Shown: positions 13,632-26,747, numbered from the stretch's first letter. The stretch is 64,000 nt of DNA from Psilocybe cubensis (GCA_017499595.2 CM039001.1:310001-374000), one strand, 5' to 3'. The notes: a model not told the origin generated them from the sequence alone. Translations and numbers: made by a program.

Positions 13632-15546
13632 TGTAAGTTTAGTGAGGGTGTGAGGGTTAATGCGCAAGGGGAGGATCTACGACGCTGTGAGCGTGTCGAT
13701 GGTCGTAACGATATGGATGGGGAGGAAGAACAACCGATAGGCAAACGGGGTATGCAAGCGGGGTATTATGGGGTTGTTGGGGTTTTTTAGAAAGGGCGGG
13801 GGACAGGTTTTTATAGGATTTTCCTCTACGGAAAAGGAAGAACTGGACCACCTAGACCACGCTTGAAAGCAGGCAAACCAAACGCGTCGGGGCTCGGTTT
13901 ACATCATAGAGGTTTGACGGATCGATGGACATCATGGATCTCGGGTACTCAGAGCCCAACGAACCAGCTGCAAGGGCCTAATGGGAAAAGAGTACACGCA
14001 GGTGCCGCGGTTTCCAATTCGTTTTTCTTTCTTCATAAATCGCAATGAACCGCAATCGTCCATGCGTTGCTGCTTAATCCCCTTCCCGATGCACGACCGG
14101 GAGGTAGCCATTTCGGCTCGGATTTACTTGTACCCTGTCCCATCCCACAATACATCTTGGTCCTTATGAGAAGCCAGTTCATATCTTGATGAGAGTGAAT
14201 CCATTTCTGAACTATGCACCTGTATAATCATGACTGAATGTAAAAAAAGGAGTATTGAAGTATGATTGAAGTTCGAGGAAGGCTGGTAAAAGCGGATTGA
14301 ATGCATGCCAAGACTAAGACAACGCATATGTCATCTCTTCCCACGAGTTTAACCTCCGCCAATCGTCTTACGCCGCCCGAGGAGTCACAGCTACTTCTCC
14401 CTACTTCTCCTCGTGGTTAGCAGATTTTGCTGTTATGCAAATACAAGCATGTAAAGAGAATCTCTATAAGCCAATGTTTTATAGCTACACTCCCAGTTCT
14501 GGTGGTGAAGGTTAATGAATGACTGGTAAGCGCAAAACGGGGATAATCTACCTTAATTCCAAATACGAGGGTCCCGCTTCGGAAGCTCGAATGGATTTTG
14601 CGCGCTTTATAATTAGCCCTGAGCCACACGTATCATGTATTGTAAATCAAATTCTACTGGAGGACAAAAATAATGACTGAGGTGTGAAACGACTCAGGAC
14701 GACTCCGTCCTTCGAGAACCGTTGAGACGACGAATAGAATGTTCGACTTCGAATGGCGGAGGAAGCCTAGCGTACCATCGGAGTAAAAAGAGCCAGTCAC
14801 AATGCCGTTATATATAGTCCCATTTTACTACATCGCAATAAAAAATCAGATGGCCAACGAACAACGAGTTTATCGATGATATCGCTATGAATATAACCCC
14901 TTCAAAATTTCGTCAACCGCGCTGAATTTTTTGACGACGCGATAGAGGGCTCCTTACTTGCTTTCGTGTTCCTGATCGCGACTTCCGAGGAACGGTCAAC
15001 TGGAATGAACCGGTTCTCATTAATCTACTTCGCTCCACGAATTTATGCATATGTGCCCCTGCTAGATAAGCCTTGCTAGACCGGTGCCTTGTAAGCAGGT
15101 TGGAGTCATCTGTAACCAAAATTTAATATCAATTAACCATGACGCTCCTAACTCTCTGACACTTCGAAGTTCCAATGCATCGATTCTAAAAAATATTCAT
15201 TTTACATTCCATTCTCTCCTGCCCATCACCCACTGGGAGGGTAACGAGCAAAGCGACAATGCGGACCAACTCTCGCACAAATAAACAAGGATCTACAATA
15301 GCGCGCCCGACCCGCTCCCGCACCTCGGTTGCAACAACGTGGCTCCAGGTCTATAATGTCCGCAAAGTCCGGGTGCGGGTAACAACTCACACCAAACGCC
15401 TAAACGCGTTGCGTCTACACGGGTTCGGAAGAACCGAACCGTATTCCGCATAATGCTCTATACCGCTCCAGAGCGTGTATTACGCGTTCGTTGGGCGGGA
15501 CCCTCCAGGCACTACCAGCTCTACCTCTCCCAGTGTGAATCACAGG

Positions 15547-16630
15547 TTAAAAAGACGATGAGACCGCGGGCGATAATGGTAATTGTAACTCGGACTCCGC
15601 GCATTCATTGCGTCCCATGGCACATAACACTTGGCACCTGGCATGGTGTAACCTAGCCCCGAATGCACATCCTGACGATTCCATGAGAAGATATGTTCTC
15701 TGATTCTTCCACGTTTTAAAATTACATTGCAAGCGATTCATGATATTCTCCATAAAACGAAACCAACTGTCAGGGAATCAATAGGTATTAAGTGTGGAGT
15801 GGAGTTTATCGATGGTAACCTGGAGAAGCATTTCGGCATTCAACCATCATTGCCTTACATAGGCTACCTATAGCCCAATATTGGGCCCACACTCTGTATA
15901 AGGCAATAGTGTTTTATCATATGCCTCCTACACTCGAGCAAAAAGTACAAAAATATAATTGATATTCCCAAATGATACACGCGAGACAAAATTATCTAGA
16001 GCAGCCTGGAAGAACATCCCTTCACCCACGATTGTACGCCCAGGGCTGCTCACGGGCACTAGATTAAAAGCCAATGACATCAGGGCCATAGAGTAATGAC
16101 GGGGGTTTTCTCCGCAAACCACATTCCTAATCAACCAGGCGATAAAATACACATCATATACATGACCTTCTCTGACACTATCGCATCAATCATGACTGGT
16201 TTTATCGGCCGACAGATTGTAAACATCCTGAGGACAGAAGAAAAGAAAAGGATCTTTACCCTTCCAACAGGTCCGCCAAAGTCGGTGGTTCGACGCCTCC
16301 CATGTTGCATACATCTTTGAAGTCGGGAAGCAGCTGTAAACGAAACGAACCTAGCCCGAGTAGCTAGCACAAACAGAACATTCCATCCAATCCCGACACA
16401 AAAGAACAGACGGATCTTTTCCGCCACATACCCATCCTGTTTTGAAACTGCGGTCGAGATTTCCCAAACCCCGAAGCGTGTCGATTCGCAGCCATATGCA
16501 AACACATTGGGGGTGGAGCATGGAATAAGCCCTGCTTCTGTCTGGGGGAATTTTGAGAGTTTCGCATTTATCGATAAGCCCCAGCAGCAAGAGGATTTGA
16601 AATGCTGGCGTAAGCAACTGTGACATCACT
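15547..16630 (-). pseudogene. Probable decayed multi-exon gene of unknown function
   Basis: Intron-like signals join protein-like frames (MYATWEASNHRLWRTCWK|DVYNLSADKTSHD*CDSVREGHVYDVYFIAWLIRN...|EAYDKTLLPY...*...*) interrupted by several in-frame stops. No family recognised. Confidence 0.35.
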
Positions 16631-17633
16631 TTCTTTTCCCCACACTTACCTCTTCCCCTCCCCCTACCTCTAGCATTTTACACCACCCTGCAGCGCAACG
16701 TCAACTTTCAGTCGCTTTAACCGCCCATTCTACACCAAGTCGAGCGCTTATAAGCGCCCGTATCACGTGTGGTAACGTTATTCTCCTTGGATTCTCCGTG
16801 ACAGGAGCCATCGTTCCGTGATATACCTTACAAGGTGAATGAGGCGTACACCCAAGCGCTGGGCACAGCACCGAGAGGACGCTAAGGATTTCTTGACCAA
16901 GCCATGTGATATACATTCGTCGTCGCGGAATCAGATCAACTAGTCTGTTTGAGTGAATCGAGTAACTTACGGGACATATGACCCTTCCTGTTGAGGTACG
17001 TCGAACAAGAATGGAAATAGTCAAGCTCACTCTATTTCCTCAAGACTGTTGTGCCTGGATTGGCGTTGAGACTTGATCAGACAACGTCTGAGGTCGCTGG
17101 GGCTTGGGTGACGGAACAGAAACGCGATTGATTCAGAGGCCTCCGGATTCGGAACTTGGCTGAGTGTTTGCAGGACTGGAAGCCAAGACGCGCTGCCAAG
17201 CTTCGAGACCTGACCCTCAGACTTCACAACAACCTCAGAAAACAGTTACATGGACGCAAAGACTCTGTTCGTCCAGTCGAAGATTCCTACATGATCGAGC
17301 CATGGAAAGTGCGTACTTTAAAATCTCCACCGCATCAACCCTTGTACATGCTGTCCTGCGAGGAGTGTCATTCTAATCACAGTATCATCTTCCGCAAGTT
17401 CAACTATACCGCGTACGGGTATCGATTACACTGCAAGTGCTTGAGTGGAGGATCGCCAAAGGTACTCTTTAGCAAGCGGTAAACGATAAAACAAGAAATA
17501 TATATGCAAAAATAACACCTTGGACATTATCACAGTGATGTCATGGCACGAACATACTATTACAAGCATTGCATGGCATGTCATCGACCCCTGTCTAGAT
17601 TATAGCTGCCACTGGCAAACGCGCCAAAATTCT

Positions 17634-19292
17634 TCATGAATTTCTAAGACTTTCAACCAGATCAAGGGTCTCCTTCATCCCCTCGACAAAGCATCGCAGC
17701 ATATCTGTGTGATCTCCATCACGAGCCTGTTCGATTGTGAAGGAAATCCATTGAGTTGTGCACGTCATAGAAGTAACAAAACAAATACTCACTTTCACAA
17801 TCCCTTTATAATACTCAGCTCTCTGCGCCATTGTTATTGAGATAGGAGGGAATTTATGCTGCAGTAGCGGGAGCGATGCAATGATACGCACGAGTCGCCC
17901 ATTTCCATCCTACGGATTGAAATTAGAATTTTTTAGAAATATGGTATCGCACATTCGACGGATCCACATACATCAAATGGATGACAGCTAACTAACGTGA
18001 GGTGCGTCCAGCTAGCACTAGCGAACGGATTCCTCCACGTCCTGATCCATTGCTACAACAAAACATAAAATTTCAACACAAATCAGTCTTGAAAATTCGG
18101 AAAACTCACCTTGGCCATTCTGCATATATACTCAAACTCCTTGTCGACCTCTGGGTATGGGCACATTTGAACATTGTAGCTGCCTGATATCACGACTGTT
18201 TTCCATGTCTCTGCACGTGTAGCCCCGGGTGCGATGTAGCGGCTCTCCAGAAATCGACTAGTCTTCATGAGGGTAGCGTGAATTGCGCATGCTGCGGACA
18301 TGGAGAGGGGAGCGGTGTTGTTGACGAGGGGGGTTAATTGCTGATAGGCCTGTCGTCATTATGAGTAAATTTTTATAATATATTTGAATATGAGGATAGA
18401 AGTACATACAGTGACTGTATCTCTCAAGATAGATCGAATCTTGTCTGGATGGGATAGCGGGCTATGCGGTTCTGTTGAAATTACACCTTCATCTAGTCCA
18501 CGCCTGATAAGGTCTTGCATAGACTGTTATATTTCCTTCAGTTTACCGCATAACCGCTGAGAGACTATAGCTTACCTTCTCCTTCAGCAAGAATGTACTT
18601 TCTACGTGATTCGTTTCAATGGCCAATTTGACAAGGTACGATGCGTAAAAGGTTGGATCTTGGTTCAATGTGTTCCATCGCTCTTTGAGCTCAGAAGCAC
18701 CGGGAGGCAGCTGCGGTTGATCTGTCGGAAATTTGTATTCCTTCGTCGGCTTCCAAGGGCGATAATAGGTCACTAAAATAGTCCAAATCAGTGAGCGGTA
18801 AAGTATTATGACCAACAGCAAACGACATTACCTTGACACGATTTCTCCAACAGCGCGTTCGCCAACCGCTCAGTTCTCTCTGAAATTGCCTGCAAAAACA
18901 CATCCAGCTTTTCATCGCAAACGCTCAAGCGGCACAAAATGTCCTGCGCCTGTAGGGAAACGGGTAAGGGATACGTAGCAATGCGGAAGAACTGGTAAGA
19001 TCTTCACTTTCCTGTAAAGACCAAGTGCAATCGCATCTCCTCCAAGCCGAAGAACCAGATTAGCTTTCCTGACTAAGAAATAAGGGTGGGCGCGTTCTGG
19101 GTATTTCTCGAGCAATTCTTCATATAATGATACTGTGTCAGCTAGTTCGTTTGTTTGTATCAGTCGTTCTCTGTCCTCCTGGGATATAAGGTCGGGTATT
19201 TCCTGTCAAAGTAAATGTCAGAGCCTGAAAAGCATATCGGAGGTACAGGAGCCCGAGTATACCTGCAGGGCTTCTGAAGCGTATGACTCCAT
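17634..19292 (-). CDS. Fic-domain protein (AMPylase-like) with N-terminal TPR-like helices
   Basis: Spliced catalytic motif CHPFD|DGNGRLVR matches HPFx(D/E)GNGRxxR; upstream LAIETNHVES resembles the (S/T)xxxE(G/N) inhibitory helix; YEELLEKYPERAHPYFLVRKANLVLRLG is TPR-like. Start codon uncertain. Confidence 0.88.
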
Positions 19293-19484
19293 CGTGGTTT
19301 GACTCCAAGTGGAACCATCGCGGGAAGAGCCAACAGTTGCCAAATGATTACGTACTAACCATTTATCTAATAAAAGATTGGCTTCGCCAATTCGGGCCTT
19401 GCTGGTGTTGGGACGTCGAACAACGGTCCGGCGCACACCGGAACCCAGCCAATATGCAATTTATTTCTACTACTAATTATGTCT

Positions 19485-20368
19485 CTACATTATGCAAAGC
19501 CCCTTTCCATTATATGTACCTGTGTCGACTGGTTAGGAGATGGACCTTATAGTGACAATAGAAAACTTACATATGTTCTTCGATGGCACATCAATTACTG
19601 TGGCAATCCGTGCATGGTCATCACAACATTGTCCACCAAGCCTCCAAATCACGTCGGTCACTCCGAAAGCGTTGTGGCATGGCGCGGCCGACTCGCCGTC
19701 CGCTGAGAAAGGGATAAAGAGTACGTTGTTACCAGTCAGCGATTTTGGTGACTTCATGCAATAGTGATCCCGTGAAGAGCCCTGATGGCGCAAGTTGAAT
19801 CCGTAAGATCGGTACGACGAGATGAGAGGCTCATCATCACGTTGCGCAAATTGAATAACTGCCGATTTGTTGTTGAGTAGGTCTGGATACAGGCAGACAG
19901 CTCCCTCATGGCTAATGAAGTTCATGTGGAGAGTTGATGCTGCTGAGAAGATTGGAAGGAAATTTAATGATGATGCCGAGACTGTGATGATTATAGACAC
20001 CGTTGACGTTGGATGGCGGAACACAGAGACGCGCTGGATGTAAGAACTTGGTCTATTGTCATCCGTTCTATCCACCAAAACATAACCGTGGTTGTAGCAG
20101 AACGCATCGACTCGGTACTCGTTAGCCTCAGAAACGCTAATATTGATGTCGTTGTTTGGCAGGTCCAGATGCGTGAAAAACATTAGAGCCCCATTATCAA
20201 TCAAAACACTGTTAGACCACTTTAAAAAGCGCAAGAAACCAGGTACGGTGCCGACGTCGTATGGACTAAGCAGGTCTGCTAGTCTTGAAATAGCTGGCAA
20301 AGTGTTATAAGACGCCTATTACAATAAAACCCAAACTTACCTTCATATGACGATGGGAAGTCAGCCAT
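19485..20368 (-). CDS. Cargo paralog A: nucleotidyltransferase-fold-like protein, degenerate catalytic motif
   Basis: 3 exons; SVLIDNGALMFF...NDINISV, STLHMNFISHEGAVCLYP, HYC...VIWRLGGQCC; short first exon and last intron shared with paralogs B, D, E. Confidence 0.75.
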
Positions 20369-20581
20369 AGGTAGTCAACGTTAAGACTCGGAGACAAGGA
20401 CCTTCCTCAACATCACCGTCATGACGCCTCGCCAGTCCGAGACACAAAAACCAATTGGAATAGATTGAACATCTGATTAGATTATAGGTATCTGATTACG
20501 TCAGTCTTGACCAGATTACCACTTATATAATTGATATGTCTCTGCAGTGAAACTACTCGAGCACCCCACATCCTCTCTTCT

Positions 20582-21470
20582 ATGATGGCGACACAGTCCG
20601 CTCGCACAGGTACATGCATTTTCCATATGTACTTTTCAATGACGCGGTTTTCTCAAGCACGTTTTTATTCACAGCAAGGCAAAAAGTTCACGACATCATA
20701 CGACCCTTCGGCGTAGGTAGTGTGGACGACTTCCTATATTTCTTGAAGTGGTCCAGCTCTGTTATTACAGGGGCATCCGCGCTCGCATTTTTCACGGGTG
20801 AAGATATTACTCCTCATAACCTCTCTCTGTCTGTTAGTCAGACTGGTCGTTCTCGTGTGCACGTCTTTTGTGTGCGACACGGATATGAATATTTGCAAAC
20901 CTTCCACTCAGACAACGAGCAATCAGTTTGGACCGAACACAGCTACTACTGTAACTTTGAATCCGGACGCCAGATTACGGTTACAATATCCAGAAATCAT
21001 GTCCCATTTTTGCCTGTGTTCAATTTCAGCACGACGTTTGGCATGAACTTCATAACACCCCAGGGCGCGGTATGCTTGTATCCGGAGTATTTGCCGAGAA
21101 ACCAAGGCGTCATTCTTTATAGGAGATCGGACAATGAAGTCATTGGGGAACTCCTTCACCGTCACAATTTCATTCTGCAACCCTCATGCGATAACACTGT
21201 TCGCTCCTTCCTGGAGCACCCCCGAGGAATGTCATTGGACACCATATTATTCATTCCTTTGGACAACTCATATGTTGGCGCGTCCCCTATGCAACAGTAT
21301 GATATTGTTTGGCGTCTCGCGGGCCAGTCTGGGTCCCCGAATGGCGCTGTGATTGACTTACAAAGTGACCAAATTCGTGGGTTCTCTAAGACTTTCCGTC
21401 GAGCAATAACGATCTAAAACTTTGCAAACATCCAGATGTACTTGAGGATTACGGTATTTTTGAAATATAA
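20582..21470 (+). CDS. Cargo paralog B: nucleotidyltransferase-fold-like protein, degenerate; head-to-head with A
   Basis: 3 exons; FLKWSSSVITGASALAFF...HNLSLSV, STTFGMNFITPQGAVCLYP, DIVWRLAGQ; closely similar to A (FLKWS.SV). Confidence 0.75.
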
Positions 21471-21653
21471 CGTGTTCACCAGCTTGTATTGAACATGTAC
21501 TTTACACTGATATAATTAATATTGCAACCTAATGTGCCCATAATCTTTGTGGGCGAACGCTGAACTTTTTAACAACCTTAAGCACATTGGCGTCTCGCTT
21601 ACTGGTATCTAAGCGTCAGCTAACTTCATTACAATTAAAACAGAGCACTATGC

Positions 21654-22941
21654 TTACGGTCCGTTCCTTCTCCACACAGTACCCTCGCACCTTTCGTTGA
21701 TGATTCTCCAAAGAACCTCCGATTGGGTTGTGTAGCAAAATTTGAGGCCTTCCCCTCGCAGTGTTGTAAACTCCAACATAACACGCCTGTACCTGTCATA
21801 CCAGAAATACCACGTATTCGCTTCAAACACAGATGGGCCTGTGGGGAAATTTGTTTTTTCGAGTGTGTAAGTCCAACATAATGCATCGCCAACCCGACGG
21901 CCCCCCATTGGGAACATACGAGTCCCTCTCGTTATATATCGCACCGGAATTGTTTCCTCGCCTCCTTCTTCCCGTGGATAACTAATGATAAGGTCGTCAA
22001 TTTTCTCGATCAATTTGTCTTGCATTGTTGGACTGAGCATCATCCACGTTGCTGGATCCGGAATTGAAAAAGCAATACCATAACCCCTGTGGTGATATTT
22101 TATGACTGCATTCTGGGTTCGACGAGCCATCATGTTTGACTTCAACAACGAGAGTCTCCTAGCCAAAGTGGCCAGTGGATAGAGACAGTACGCCTTTTCA
22201 TATGTAATGACGTTCATGACCGCGGCTGCATGTAAGTGTATTATATCAATGAGATCAGTCGGTAGAAGCCACGGGTCAATACTCACTGCTGTGGAAAGGC
22301 ACAATGCATTCCATTACACTACCTAGTGCCGTAATCAACTGCACTTTTGACGAACCACGCACGAATAACAAAATGGACCCTAGGGTATCGTAACCGCCAT
22401 GAGGAAAATGGACATATTGATTATCCAGAGCCACCTCTGGAGAGGTCAACTCAGGCAATACATCCATTATGCGATATTCGAATCCACGGGTTTGGAGCCA
22501 GTGGACTACTTGCCATGCATAGCGGTGTTCAACATATGTATCCAGGTCGTCCGGAACCCAATGTTTATCCCGTGACAAAAAATGGAGGGCCGCCGAACCC
22601 GATATGACAAGGCCTGTGTCGTATTGAAGACGACGAAAATCGTCATATTCACAGGGCATAAAGAAACGACACAATAATTTTTCAACAGACAGCGCCCTGC
22701 CCATATATCTGTTGACCCTTTCATGTAGTTCTAAGCAAGTCCATGACAGCCGGTACAGGGACCTTTGATCCAAGTGGTCCATGAGAGAGTCATCGTACTC
22801 GGTGGAAAAACTCCTGCAAACCAGTCAGCCACCAAAGCAAAAACAGCAGAAAGAGAATACATGCGCAAAAAAATCCATTTTCAACAGATGAAACAATTCC
22901 TTGTGCTCGGGGGCAGTGGTCACCTTTCCAGGCTCACTCAT
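21654..22941 (-). CDS. Cargo paralog C: F-box-like N-terminus plus nucleotidyltransferase-like domain with intact GS..DxD
   Basis: MDHLDQRSLYRLSWTCLELHERV (F-box-like); TGLVISGSAALHFL...PDDLDTYV; KVQLI; FHS|TAVMNVITYEKAYCLYP; KYHHRGY; RRVGD. Exact start and end uncertain. Confidence 0.78.
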
Positions 22942-23087
22942 TGCTTTTATATCGAAGTCCATTGAGTCAACTTTAATCAGGAGTAAATATTTGGAACAAA
23001 TACAATTAAAACACGGAATAGCTATACTACGCAAGTGCAATGATTTGGGAGGGCATGGCAAATTACTTTCCCAATACCGATAATATT

Positions 23088-25015
23088 TTACTTGGTTTTC
23101 TTGGTAGGACTTCCTTCCCCATCTCCTTGGTCCGTAACTTCTCCTGGGCAAACCAATTAAACAGTATTCCACGTTAAGACAGCGAGGTACTTACTTGAAC
23201 GACGTAAGCTTGACCGTCTGGTTTCCGGTTGAGACACCACAGGTACCGGTGCCACAGGAGCTGAAGATGTCGCAGGGTCACTCTGTTGCGAACCACCATC
23301 GGACGAAGATCCTACGAGCCCCGAGGCCACACCTCCGCTTGTGACCGTGACGTTAGGTGCGACAGACGCTTGCGCGGGCGGAGGAAGGACAGTCCCAGGC
23401 GCAGGTGCCGGAGTGTCACGCACTGGCGCAGGCGCAGGAGGGACGGACACAGGCGTAGAGGCAGGCGGGACAGACCCAGCCGGAGGAGGGATATACACAG
23501 GTTCCGGGGCCGGTGGAACAGACACAGGCGTAGGCATCGGTGGGACAGACACGGGAGCAGGCGGCGGTGGGACAGACACAGGCGCAGGCGTCGGCGGGAC
23601 AGACACGGGTGCCACAGGGGGAGCCACAGGCACAGGTGCGGAAGGGATCGACGTCGAAGCAATAAGTGGCGGCGCCTGCGCAGAAGCAGACGCTGCTGCT
23701 GCGGGTCGCATAAGCGTCGGAGGCGGGGACACCCCCATTACCGGTGTCGTTGGACCACCAGCGATATCATGGGACGCCGGAAAAGAGGCGTGTCCTGGTG
23801 CCCCAGTGGCGCTGAGGGCCGTATCTACTGTGAAAGATGTAGCGGATGAGGTACCTAGAGAAACATTAGTGCTATGAAAGAAGATATATAGGTGAAGTTT
23901 GGCATACTGGTTTGGTATGCTGCTTGTGGTCCTACAGCACTACTCATTGGCAAAGCCAGATGAACCGTCATAGGGTTGGCGGTGAAAGACGGTTGCTTGA
24001 CCTGACTAAAGTCATGGCGAGTAGGAGTCTGAGCCTGACGGGGCGGTTTACGGGGCGAGATCATGCGAATAGGGCTCTGCAGAACAGGTGGGGGTGGACA
24101 TAAGACACTCACACTTTCAACTCTCGCCGAGAAAGTATCGGATGCATCTGTGCGAGTGGATGTGACGGCCATGTGGTAGTGGCGGAGAGTGAAAGTCACT
24201 TCCACCACGGAACCTATCAGCAACAAGGCGAACAAGTCTGGGCGCGTAATTAGTGTTTCCTCCACGTCGTACACAGGCATCAGTCGGATATGGTGAGAAT
24301 TTTTTGCACTGTTGAACCAAGGGGTGCAAGCGGGGTTGACTGTATATCCGTATGTGGCACTGTCGCGCGCGGGAGCTGTACATATAGCATTAGAACTGTG
24401 TAATCTCGCCAAGAAGAAAAGAGGCTTACTCGTATTTTCAACACTCTGAGAGAAAACGGCGATGGTCAGATAAGGGGAAAAGGAATAGATCCAAATGGCA
24501 TTACACACCCTTGGTTCCCAAAGCGGAAAACTGAACCGCATAGTGCGCGTTTCCTTGTTCAGGAAATGGTTGTGCTTGTTCGTCTTCGCAATCGACGTTT
24601 GACACTCGGACAGGTTATCAAAACTCGTATCATAGTCTCCGCCCAATGTGAGAACCTGGAGAGGCTTCCCAACATCGAACACCAGCTTCGCCCCAATGGC
24701 ATTTCGCAAAGGATCTTGCCACATTGGATTGAAGTTCCCTTGGGGCTCGAGGTACGCGCGTGTGGTGACTTGACCAACCACAATCAACTGGACAGGTTCT
24801 ATGGCGTCTGTGGGCCTGCCTGGCAGGGCTAACACCTCCTGCCCGGCACCACGCCACTGCACGTATTCCTTAAATCCAGGAGATGCAGTGAATTGCGGCA
24901 AGGTCAGAAGTTGTTGACGAACATAGGCCTCGTTGAAAGGCATGGTGGCGCTAGGGCTAAGTCAGTAAAAGATTTATAACAGGAACAAGTCAGATACATA
25001 CGAAGAAGTGTTCAT
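23088..25015 (-). CDS. Cargo gene: putative OB-fold/SSB-like domain plus Pro/Ala/Ser-rich tail
   Basis: Multi-exon; beta-rich pattern LIVVGQV..YLEPQGNF, MPVYD, LIGSVVEVTFTLRHY...FSARVESVSVL; C-terminal PAPVSVPP repeats and terminal SPTKKTK. The fold is inferred. Confidence 0.65.
23430..23640 (-). repeat. Coding minisatellite, ~27-bp unit (PAPVSVPPx)
   Basis: Recurrent gggacagacac(a/g)gg units encoding APVSVPPT/PAPVSVPPP/PAPVSVPPM/PTPVSVPPA. Confidence 0.85.
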
Positions 25016-25807
25016 GGCGACAGACAGCAGCACTTGTGAAGCGGAAACTGAGGGATGGTGGTCGTTGAAAACCAAGCTAATTATGTCTTAACGCCAAACC
25101 TGCCGCTTTTATGTCTACGAGTGATCCTTGGTGACGTAGTCAAACAGATACGCACCCGCCAAATTTTACGCCAAGGTTAAAGGTTTGGCCAATGAAAGAA
25201 GGGAGGGTGGTCGCAACAAATTTGAGGCAAGATGGCTGCATTCTGGGGACTTCCAATCCGATTTTGAGAACGTGGGCCCGCTCCTTTGGTCAACAAAAAC
25301 GACGGGACAAGTTGACCAGGTCGGAACCTAGTCGCGTGTCCACATGGTTAAGTAAAACCCCTCTTCAAACATGGCCCAAAAACTCACTTTGGTACCGCAT
25401 GAAATTCATAGAAAAATGTTCCCCCCCCCGAAAAAAAAATTGTGTCGGTTGTGATCGCTGTCGGGCTCCCTTCATGGCAGGGTCCCTGGCGGGTACAAGT
25501 GAAACCGATACAATGAGCCACACATACTATGTGCTTACTTGCAACGCCATCCACTGCGATTATGAGACAGGTGTTCGTGCCAATTGGACAAACTGAGGTG
25601 AAGCAGTTGAGGTTAGAGAAGTAAGAGAACCAAACCCCTTTGGGGCTGTCATACAACGGCAGACCATCCGCGATCAACACACACAAACACAGCCATCGGA
25701 CCAATGTCCGATTTTCACGTCAGCAGAAGTTCCCTCACCGCCAGAAAGGGTAAAATAAACTGCGTAAATTCAATGACAGTACATGAACCGAGCGTTGGCC
25801 TGTGAAT

Positions 25808-26747
25808 TTAGTCGACTATTCTAATTTCTAACACCAGTGTATGCAACTGGTAATTGGAGTCGTGAAATAAAATAAATTCGACACGAACCAAGTGTCCAAT
25901 CAACTCCTTTGAAAAGTTTTCCACCGGTAATGAATCATTTCTGTCCCCTTTGCAAACTGTCATATACCCCATCGTATGATCCTCTCTCAACAGGCGGAGG
26001 TCACGTTGATATTCCACGGGTATTGGATAGTCAACATCAATATCACGATCCCTGTGGACTAAGTGATCATTCAGTATACAACAACCACATGCGTAGACAG
26101 GATTTCGGACCTTCGCCTCCAAGTGTCTAAGGTACATGGAAGGTTTGAGCAGTGTATACCACACGTCAGAGATTCACATTGCAACGTACGGATAACTTGA
26201 ACAACGGCGCCGTAAATGTTATGCACGGTTCGCCGTGAGCGGAAGAGAGCATCGGATCTGTTACTGAGTGTGCAGGCAATGCTTCTAGAAGGAAGCGTAG
26301 ATTCCCCATTGCTTTGGAAAAATCGACGTCGTAGCCTTTTGTTCCTCGAGGGCAGACCAGGTTAAAGATATGTTTGGCGTCGCTCAAGTTATTTCCAGAG
26401 TTTTTGTCCAAATTACCTAAAGGGCCCAACCATGCACCATCGTCGCTGATCACACCTACCACCACACATCGCTTTTGATGCGAAGCAGGCAGGCTATGTA
26501 GGCGAGAATATCCGTTGTTTAACATATACCAGGTTGACGTGCGGAGAAAGCTATCGCTGGCCAGATAGTCGTGGCACTTTTCCAAATGGAACCGTTGCTC
26601 CTCGATACTTTCTGCGGCCAGTATGTTCAATACCACCGTTAGTGGTCCATGACAGGGAATGCAAAGTAGTATGTTTAGCTCACCGTAGTTACCGTGGTAC
26701 ACTCTGCATCGGCGCAGTTGACTAGAGCAAAGGTAATTGAGATACAT
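25808..26747 (-). CDS. Cargo gene: second putative OB-fold/SSB-like paralog, without the Pro-rich tail
   Basis: Aligns by eye with 23088-25015: VVVGVI...WLGPLGNL, AKHIFNL..P, DFSKAMGNL, ITFTAPLF, LIGHLVRVEFILFH...LVLEIRIV. Start uncertain. Confidence 0.62.

Noticed and set aside
15547..16630. In-frame stops as RNA-editing or readthrough sites
   Set aside because: Multiple mixed TAG/TGA stops are more simply explained by pseudogenisation.
23286..23877. Arg-rich and Gly/Thr-rich + strand ORFs
   Set aside because: Antisense shadows of the Pro-rich coding minisatellite.
25384..25704. Possible additional small cargo gene
   Set aside because: Splice-like signals are present, but I could not build a convincing spliced ORF; left unannotated.
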